DNA of 64,000 bases from Lepidodermella squamata (taxonomy: Eukaryota > Animalia > Gastrotricha). The DNA is taken from positions 744,001 through 808,000 of the forward strand of contig JBLDXI010000045.1 in the NCBI GenBank assembly GCA_047495785.1, in the 5' to 3' direction. The position numbers were made by a program, and so were the translations under genes. Each line of letters opens with the position of its first letter. Within the stretch, counting starts at the first letter, position 1. Of this stretch, positions 49,778-59,000 are shown in pieces. The notes under the pieces are model-generated. The model did no database searches and was not told the DNA's origin. It saw only the letters and a list, made by a program, of their open reading frames with translations.

Positions 49778-50874
49778 CTAATTGACAAGAAAGGAAACGT
49801 CGAACTTGGCGGCTATATTTAGGCTAAAACTCAGAACGTTGCGGCGACAAGTCAAGCTATCGGTAGATACAGCCGAGAGCGCCAGAGTTGATGCAGCTTC
49901 AGTTGTTGTAGATGATGTCTTAGCAGTAGGAGGTTGTTTGGTTTCAACAGTTGATTTTTCGGTGGTGTTTTCCATGGTTGATGGTTCAGCAGATTCATCC
50001 ACTTTTTGTGATTGCAGAGATAACGCAGCAGTTGAGTTGCTTGAAGTAACTTCAGTTGTCGACGAAGTGGCCGCTGCGGTGGCAGTACTTTCAATCGATT
50101 CGCCGGCAGCCGAGGATGCTTCAGAGCTTATCGAAGCAACTGTGGTAGGTTCCGTGAGTTGCTCAGGTTCAGTAATAGATGTTAAGGGATCAACTGTAAT
50201 CTGGCTGGCTGGTTCCGATGTCTTTTCGATGGTAGTGGTTGGTTCAGGTGAGGTTTGTTCATCTTCTTCATCTTGGTATTCGTCTTCAGTCGCAACTGAT
50301 GTAGTATTTTCAGTGCTTGATGCTGTACAATTCCAATTTCAAGCTTCTTAACATTTTTATTGGATAATCTCTTCCTTACTTGGAACGCAACCGTTGGGAG
50401 TGATATCCCAGGTTCCATCGCGTTTGCAGGCATAATCTTTCGGGCCATCGACTTTATAGCCAGTCTCGCAAGTGATGAACAATCGCGAACCAAGAGGAAC
50501 TCTCACCTCCTCCTTAGTTCCGGTGAATTGATCAGGTGGCGATGTAGTGGAGTACTTGAGGGACTTGATTTTGAACGAGTTAGACAACTTCGGAATCACA
50601 CAGCCTTCCTGTAGCAATATTCGCATAGAAATCATACTATCTGTGCACTCAAAAGCTATGTTAACTTCTTCATCTTCGTATTCCTCGAACGCGGTAGCAT
50701 TATTAATGTCACGCTGCAAAACATTGATTACTGTCTGGAGTCATAGATATTTCATACTGAATTATATACTGTTTCAAAACTTTCAAATAATAGTTGATGC
50801 CAAGGGTTCGATGCTGCCGACGACAGCACAGCGGCTGCTACACATGTGAGAAGAAGCCAGGCCAATTTCGGCAT
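49778..50874 (-). CDS. Secreted single-sushi(CCP) + acidic/mucin-like protein, paralogue B
   Basis: Signal peptide MPKLAWLLLTCVAAAVLSSAAS, RDINNATAFEEYEDEE, CCP EGCVIP...CETGYKVDG..C..DGTW...GCVP and a Ser/Thr-rich last exon. Same intron positions as paralogue A. Confidence 0.8.
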
Positions 50875-51831
50875 GCTAGGTATACCAATAAAAGATCCGT
50901 TATTAGCTCATATGAGACGTGGCCCTTATTCACAATAAATTTTCAAATACAAATAGGTGTTGCGCAACGCTGAATAACTACTGACGAAGCGCTTCGTGAT
51001 GAAATGTGAGACTTGGCAAGTGATTCGGGCCCTTACTTTTTTGTGTAGCAAACGAGTGCGCACAAGGGCAATAAGAGTCACTTGCCAACACTTTCATCAC
51101 ACTGTATTTTAAAAATTATCTGTCACGACCAAAATTATAATATGGCGGGAATAATGGGCAGAATGCAAAGGTCGTTTGAAAAGGGCAAAACCGTAATAAT
51201 AGTTAGGGCCTTGAAACTCGCGATCGCGGCTTGCAAGGGGTTGAAGCTCGATAGGGTGCACTAATCATCCTTTAAAATCCCCTTTACGCATCTAGTCGCT
51301 GGTTGAAGGCGCTAGCTAGCAGTGAGCTGTTGATTAAAAATTACTGTTGGGTGTTGGCTTTGACTGATGAGGTTCGCCAACATAAAGGGCAAACCTCATT
51401 AAATACAAGGCAAGACTTGGACATTGTTCAAATAAAATATATGTAGGGCGGCGTCTCATAGTTCGTAAAAAACGGTATTCATGTTAATTAGTTCACATGT
51501 CGACTGGAAATCATTTCATCAAGCTCGAAAGGTCACACAGAGAAAAACGGCATGTATTTAAAAATCAAATCGTTTAAATTGCTGGACTCCATACCAGTTC
51601 AGCAGTTAACTAATGATTATGATTTTATAATGAAGTGCAAAGCTCCTGTATGAAGAAACACGTGTTCGTTCAGGTCAGGTCAGGTCAGGTGATGAGTTAC
51701 ACCTGCATTTCAATTAGTCACAAGTATTGTTTGTTTGCCGTAGTTACACCTGGTGATTTATTTTATGAACTCCAAAATTGCCTCGTGATAGGCTTTTTCA
51801 TGCCATTTGTAACTTGGCATTATTCGTAGCA

Positions 51832-51905
51832 GCCTCCTTGGCTCAGTTGGCTAGAGCGCCAGTCTCATAATCTGGAGGTCGTGAGTTCGATCCTCACAGG
51901 GGGCA
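51832..51905 (+). tRNA. tRNA-Met(CAT), elongator type
   Basis: Full cloverleaf: acceptor GCCTCCT/AGGGGGC, D stem GCTC/GAGC, anticodon arm CCAGT-CTCATAA-TCTGG (U31-U39 typical of elongator Met), T arm GTGAG-TTCGATC-CTCAC. Confidence 0.96.
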
Positions 51906-51912
51906 GCCAATA

Positions 51913-51917
51913 TTTTT
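51913..51917 (+). terminator. Pol III oligo-T terminator of tRNA-Met
   Basis: TTTTT begins 8 nt after the tRNA 3' end. Confidence 0.7.
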
Positions 51918-53032
51918 AATTCCGATGTGATAGCCTTGATAGCTCCAATAAAATGTCAGAAAGGACTAATTTTCATCATTGCCCCCGAAATTGCCCCCAC
52001 TATAAACAATGAAAGCTCAGGATCGACCTCTTCAACTTCCGCTCATTTTTCGGCTTGGAACCTGTGACTGCAATATATTTTTGGCCATCGTAAAAAGTTT
52101 TAACATCATCAGAAAAGGAAAAAACCGTGCATATTGTAGTGAAGATCTGCTTTTTTTATTTCAACGTTCCAAACAATTTTAAAATCTATTCGCAGTTCTC
52201 GCTCTCATAAAGAATGATTCAAGGATAATATATTTTATAAATTCGCTTTCACAACAGTCTGGGCTCATCGTCATCAGTTTCAACAACGGCAGGAATACTC
52301 ATGCTTCTAACAAATAAATGCTTAGCTGGAAAAAAGCGAGCAGTTGAGAGGTGTAGAAAAGCCCTTTTTCAGAATGAATAGTTAAAGTAGTTGCTTCATA
52401 CGTAGTCGCATTCACTCACTTTTACAATTTTCTCACGATATACAAGAGTTGATTTTGTGTATAGGATATCAAGCAGCGCGCAATGTCTTTTTACCTGTTT
52501 CAGTGATCAAAAAAACGTCAACAACAACAACAGCAATGGAAAACGACATGATGTAACAACAGCGATCGGGAAGCAGTCGTAAAAAAAGAAAGGGATCAAC
52601 AATTCGAAATAATGCCAAAAGAACTTAAAATTCGTGATGCGTTGTTATAAGTAATCGGGCACGGTGGAAAAAAACCGTCAATGTGATTTTTTTGGAACCT
52701 TAAAACGCTCAAATAGACACCGGATCTGAGAGTCATTCATTCGCGCGTGAACAACGGAGAAGAAAAGAAGAGAAGAAAAACGCCGGATAGTTTCAAATAT
52801 GCATGCAAAAAACGATACATCGCAAATTGGCTTCATAATTTGTTTGCTTTTTCATAAAAAAGATCTCTTAATCCATCCACCTTAATAGACATTGCGCGCA
52901 AGTTTTTTCCATTCAAATATAAGCGTAATCCTACCGCGTGAACTGTTGCCAAGATTTAATGCCTATTCAACATTCGACGGACAGGAGACGGGAAGAAAGA
53001 ACAGTGGCTTTTTCATTTCAAAAAATATCTAT

Positions 53033-56000
53033 CTAGATTGGCGGTGGGCCTTGCTGGTACGTGAGCATAAGGGTCAGCGATCGGCGTAGGTTGTTCTGAA
53101 GTTCGCACGGCTCGTCACCAGGGCACAGTTGCGGCAGTAGCCAGTGCATCAGCGCCAAAATGGCTATGGTCGATGTTAGAATAGCCACTGGCAGGATGAC
53201 GAGCAACCGGCGCACCCTCGGCGATAGTGAAGATGTAGATTCAGATGGTGATGATGATGACGAGGCGGCGCCGCCCTTTTTCGAGTCATCGCCGGTCGAC
53301 TTTTTCAGAGGCAGCGGTGACTGCTCCTTCTTGGCCGGTCCGCTAGCACCACTCTGGCCGGCAGGTTTTTCACTCGACGTTTGTTTACCCTTGCGTTGGC
53401 GAGGCGACGGCGGCTGATTCGGCGGCTCTTCAGCCGTCAGCGACGCAGCTGCTAACGAAATCGACTGCTCTTCTTTGGTGTCAATCGTAAGACTTTCGGG
53501 CGCAGCTTTTTCGACCTCAGCAGTGGCTGCTTCAGCAGTTGCTTCTTCGATGTGAGCGGCTGGTGGCGATACGCTCATCGTTTCTTCGTGGCTTTCCTGA
53601 GCAGTTGGCGTCGCAACTTGGGCGGTTTTCGAGCCTTTCTGCTGGCCCTTTTTGTTGCCGAATGGATCTTTCATCCGCAGGGCCTTCTTAGCCTTATTCG
53701 CCCCTTTGCCGCCACCGCGTCTCCGTTCGCCATCTTTCTTGTTCTCAACATCGCTGTTTTCGTCTTGAGGCTGCAATTAAATAAATATTAAATTAAATTA
53801 AATTAAATTAAATAATATTTGTATATTTAATTGATTAATTTAATTCGATTAAAATTAAATAATTTATAATTAAATTAATTAAAATTGGAATTTAATTAAA
53901 ATTTAATTTAATTAAAACTAGAATACTCACCTTATCTTCTGAGGTTGAACCGCCGGTCATTTCGATACTGTCGGTCATAACCGATGGAATCGACTGGGCC
54001 GCTTTTTCAAGTTGGCGTTGTTGCTGCTCGGCCATTTTCAAGCGAACCGCCTCAACTGCCTTGGCGATATCGCCAGCTAATGCATCGATATCACCTAGCA
54101 ATTGCGCGAGTTTCTCGTGTCTAGGGCTGCCAGGCTTCAGATCACCCATCAACCGGGCGACTTGCTGCCGGCAAGCAGCAACGTCCGACTCGAGACGGCA
54201 CCAATCGACTAGCAATTTAGCCAGATCGGTTTCGTCGCTCGTCGCCAGTTGGTTGAACAACCGTTTAGCCGCTTCGAATTTCTGACAAATTTCGGCGAGA
54301 GTTGACTCAAAAGCAGCGCGTTCTTTCGCTGCCGATGATTGCAGGCCGGACAGTTCGCCGAGTTTACGAACGCAGACCCCGGACAACCGGCGGCATTCCG
54401 CTAACGCCTCGGATAACTCGGAAATCGGGTCGTTTTTCGGCGCGGGAGGTGACGATTTTTTACCTTTACCGCCCTTATTTTTGCCAGCCTGTTGTTTCGG
54501 CGCTGGCTTCTTTGGTGGTTGCTTTGAGGCGAGATTTGAAATTTCGCCGTTTTGACTCGCTAGAATATCATCCAATTTCGCGATTTCAGGCGTCAATTCA
54601 TTGTCGATCCGATCTCGTGATTTTTCGAAAATCGCATCGTCAATATTCAAAGCAGGCTGGCTCAATTGCTTTGTCAGCTGGTCAATTTCAGTCTTGACAG
54701 AATTCAACCGATTTTTCGCGTCTGAAAGAGCCGATCGGCTGCTTTCAATCGCCTGTTGGTTGGCGATTTCATCCCGAGTCGATTGTTGGTACTCGGCCAA
54801 CTGTCGGTGAAGAGCGTCGATTTGCTTCTGTTTATCTCGAAGATTTTCGGCGAAAATCGACGAAACTGAAGACGGGGTAGACCAGCGTGACGACTCGGTG
54901 TCGCTGATCAAATTTTCCATATCCTCAGCCAGTTGCAGGCCTGACCTCAAAATAGTGTCACAGCGTGTTAGAGCCGCCTCATTCGCAGGCTCCGTCTCAA
55001 AAATCGTCGCAGCCTCGCGAAGAAGGGCGTCAACTCGAACCGTCAGATCCGCGACACGAGATTTGACAACTTCTTGCCGTTCGCGGTCTGAAACGTTGAA
55101 TTCCGCATTTTGAAGATCGTCGCGCAATTTCGTAATTTTCTGCTGTTGAATCGCGCTTAGCAACGAGCTGAGTAGCGCGTGCTGCTCATCGATTGGCACG
55201 TTTTCTAGGCTGGGCGAAATTATGGCATCTTCGTTGGCAAAACAGCCCGAGTCGTTCAGGGTGAATAGTCCCAACTCGCAAGAACGTTCGTTGACGACAT
55301 CCAATTTTCTTCGCAATTTATCCAACGGTGTTTTCTCGTTCGATTTCAGCAAGTCATCTAAAGCCGCGTAGATTTCAACAATTTTCGAGTCGAATGGCTG
55401 CGATTTTTCCTGCAGAAATTTAACAGCATTCAACGCAGCGTCCAGATGGCTCATTTCAACGTCGAGTTTCGCGAAAATCGCCGTCGCCTGTTCGTCATCT
55501 TCGGTGCTCAAAGCATCGACGCGGCTTGTCAAATCAGCGAGTTGATCGCGCTGGTTGCTTAGCAACGACGCGACGCTAGCCAAAGCAGACTGGCAATCTC
55601 CGCTTTCGACGGACATATTTTCTGGGATCGAACTCGCCCGCTCTTGTTGCTGCTCGACCAGCGTTTTCTCGAGTTGCTGCGAGATGAATTCGTAAAATTG
55701 CGTCAAGTCTGATTTTTTCACATCAGGCTCAGGTGATGTTTGAGTCGCGCCCTCAACAACGGGTTGAGATTGCGTTGAATCGTGGCTTGGAACTGCCAAC
55801 ATTTCGACCTGACAGTCCAAGTCCAAACTTTCAACCACGTTCTCCTGCTGCTTTTGTACAAGAGACTCGATTTCGAGGTTCAACGTCGGCTCGGGGGTTG
55901 TTTGAGTCTCGCCGTGATTCAACGACAGTGAAATAGCCGCTTGGCAATCGGCATCTTGACCGAGGCCAGGGCTCATAGTTGTACCCTGGTCGCTGGTCGG

Positions 56001-59000
56001 CTCATCCTCCCGACCGACGCAAATCGTCATCTGGTCGACAGCGGCCTGCGAACTCGAGTCGTTGAGATTAATCGGCGGCAACGGGGATGTCCCACTGGTT
56101 TTCGTCCTCAACAGCCCTTTCGTAGATGTTTGCTTATCCTCACCCGAAATCGTTAGATCCGACCCGGTAGAGACGGTCGCCGAGCGGCAAACTGCGTTAA
56201 CCCCGGTTTCGGTAATAACCGGGTTCGCTGATTGAGTCGATGAGTCGAACGTTTCAACAGGTGGTTGAGGGCTGGTCGATTGTTCGTTCGTATCAACCTG
56301 CAGCGTTGCCGTTGACTGTTCGATGGTCATTATCAGATCATCGCTGTCGACCTCAACGCTAACCGAGCTACAAACCGCGTTGACCCCGATTTCAGACATC
56401 GGCAACGGGCTGGATTGGACAGCCGAGTCGAGCAGGGCGGGTGAAGCGACAGGGCTGGTGTGTCTCTCCGATGTTTCAACCCTCAGCGTCGCTGTTGATT
56501 GTTCACTAGTCTGGACTAAATTATCGCTACCAACACTCGCGTCTGAAGATTGACAAATCGCTGAGACTGCGGCTTCACTGCTGGATGAAAACGAAACTCC
56601 AGCTTGAGATAGCCGATTTCTAGTTTTCAGCTTATCAGTCTGAGTTTGGCACTCGCCAACCGCGACGGATGATTGGCTGTTTTGATCGAGGGTCGACAGC
56701 CGCATCGGGCTGGTTGAAATCTCCCGGCTTTCACCCGGCATCGGCAGGTCGCCGCCGACTGAAATCGACGCAATTTCCACCCCGGTTTGAGACGAAATGC
56801 TGAAATTTTCTGGCGGCGGAATTGGTGAACAGCCAGAGTCAGATGTCGGGATAACAATCGGGACAGTCTCGACCCCAACTTCGCTAGATGCAACAACAAT
56901 TGGCGAGCAACCAGTTTCAGAGGTTTCAACAGTTGGAATTGCAGCTGTTTCAATTCCGATCTCGCTGGATTGAATAGGAATAGGCGATGAGCCGGTTTCT
57001 GAGGTTTCGATTTTCACAACAGGTATCGTTTCAACCGCAGCATCACTTGATTTAACTTTTTCCTCAGGAATAGGCGAGCAGCCACTTTCAGAAGTAGAAA
57101 TCTTAGTTTCGACCGCAATGTCGGCGGATGAAATTAAACTGGTTTGAATGGGCGAGGAGCCTGTTTCTGTGGTTTCTGCTTTCGCCATAGTTTCAATGCC
57201 GATCTCACTCGTAGAAGCACTTGGAGTTGGCGATGAACCCCGCTCAATTGTTGTAACTTCAATTTTCAACAACGAGTCATCTTTCATAGTTTCAACACCG
57301 ATTTCATTTGAAGAAACGTGAACAGGTGAGCAACCTGAGTCAGTCGTGGCGACTTTAAGCGACGCTGAAGTTTCAACCCCAACATCGGCAGATTTCACCA
57401 ACTCGGGCGATGTTGTTGAATCGCGCAGTTCTGCAATCGACTTATCACACCCTGATAGCGTAGTGGCGAAAGAAACTGCATCGAACTGACTCGATGAATC
57501 AGCTGATTTCGGCTGAGGGGCTGGGCTCGTACTGCGATTTTCCACAACAGGAGCCATAGTCGACGTGGTTTTGTCGTCATTCGCAACGGAGGCACCAATC
57601 GATTGGTCATGGCGATGCGACCACGATGGCCCAGTTTGGTTATTGGCGTCCAGACCCAACACCGGCTGGGTTTGCGAGTCAATCTCAGCAAAATCCACCT
57701 TAACGCCCTGGCTCTCCGTGCTGACCATCAACGGCTGGCAGGTGGCCGTCGACTTCGAATCAACAGATTGCGGAACGGTTGAAATCGATCGATTCTTCGT
57801 TTTTTGAATCGCACTAACCGCCGCGTCTTGCAACTCCGCAACCCCGGTGCCGGCTTGAAGGCTGACAGTTAGCAACGCAGGGCTTCGAGTCTGGGTCTCG
57901 GTATCGTTGCCAGGCTGTTTCGAAGTTTGAGAGGCGGCGACGTTTTGCCCGGGTTGATCCGTGGATGTGACTTGATTCAGAAAATCGCGAACAGCGCTAA
58001 CGCCAGCATCGACCTGGTTACCGAAGGGCGAGCCGATTTGACACTCTTTCGACCGAGTCTCGCCGCTACTAGTCGCCGGGAATTTAATCGGGGCGACGTA
58101 CTCCTGCGGGGCTGGGTCGCGGGGGTGGATAACAACCGGTTCTTCCCGTTGTTGTTTCCTATGCGGTTTCGGGTAGCGATGGGTGCGTGTGACTTCAGGC
58201 GGCTGTTGTTCCGGCGAAGAAGTCGTCATAGCGGCTTGTTCAGCCGAGTGGAAAGACCGGGGCGACGGCGTGGTCGGCGGGTGCGAAAACGACGAGACAG
58301 TCGAGCTGGACGCGCTCGAATCTCGCCGCTTCGTACTCAACGACATGGCAGAATCGTCGTCGTTAATCAGCACCGTGAGGGGTTCAGTTTGACTGGTCGC
58401 ATCACCGCCGCGGATCAGGTCGTCTGTGCTAACTAAAGCGTCGGCGAAAACCAGGCTCTGGTTAGACGATAAGTCCCAACTAGCACCGCAATCGACGCCG
58501 ACACTCGCCGTTTCCGACGTGTCGGTCTGCGCACCCAAATCGCGGCACAGCCACGCTTGAAAACTGGCGGCGTCCAGCTGTTCGTCACGCATGGCCGTTG
58601 ACGCCGTGTTCGTCGACCGCTCGCGCCGTTTCGGCGGCGAGATGGTCGAACTCGAGGCTGTTGAAAGCGCGTCGTCGTCGCTAGGCGGCGATAACGAGGC
58701 CGCGGCGACACTACGTGACGAAACAGCCTCGGTTGGTTTTTGCACGGGTTTATTGAATGAAATAGTCGATTTTTTGGTCAGTTGAGCAGTGTCCAGCGTG
58801 TTAAGCCGGCTGTCGTCCAACGACGCTAGCGACGATGGCGCCGAGTCGTTGCGCGACAACGCCACCGCCGCATTCTCCGCCGCCTGTTGCATCTGCTGAA
58901 GAGCCGGCGATTCCGGGATCGACGACAACCGGTGTTGCTTGTTAAGGCGGACGGGCAGCGATCGGCGAATTTGGCTGTTATTCGCATCCTGCGACGACGT

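Larger units (their letters stand above)
47485..51835 (+). repeat. Tandem segmental duplication: copy A 47485-49192, copy B 49623-51835, with a 430-bp spacer
   Basis: Shared left end TTCAGC.ATACCCAAAAGATTCCGTA, shared internal blocks (for example AAATACAAGGCAAGACTTGGACATTGTTCAAATAAAATATA) and shared right end TTCGTAGCAGCCT. Copy B has about 460 extra bp at about 50895-51357. Confidence 0.9.

Noticed and set aside
50980-51400. CTGANGA motifs (near 50981 and 51364) as hammerhead ribozyme cores
   Set aside because: No stem II closed by GAAA and no stem I/III pairing. Only a 14-bp palindrome and an imperfect 11-bp hairpin.
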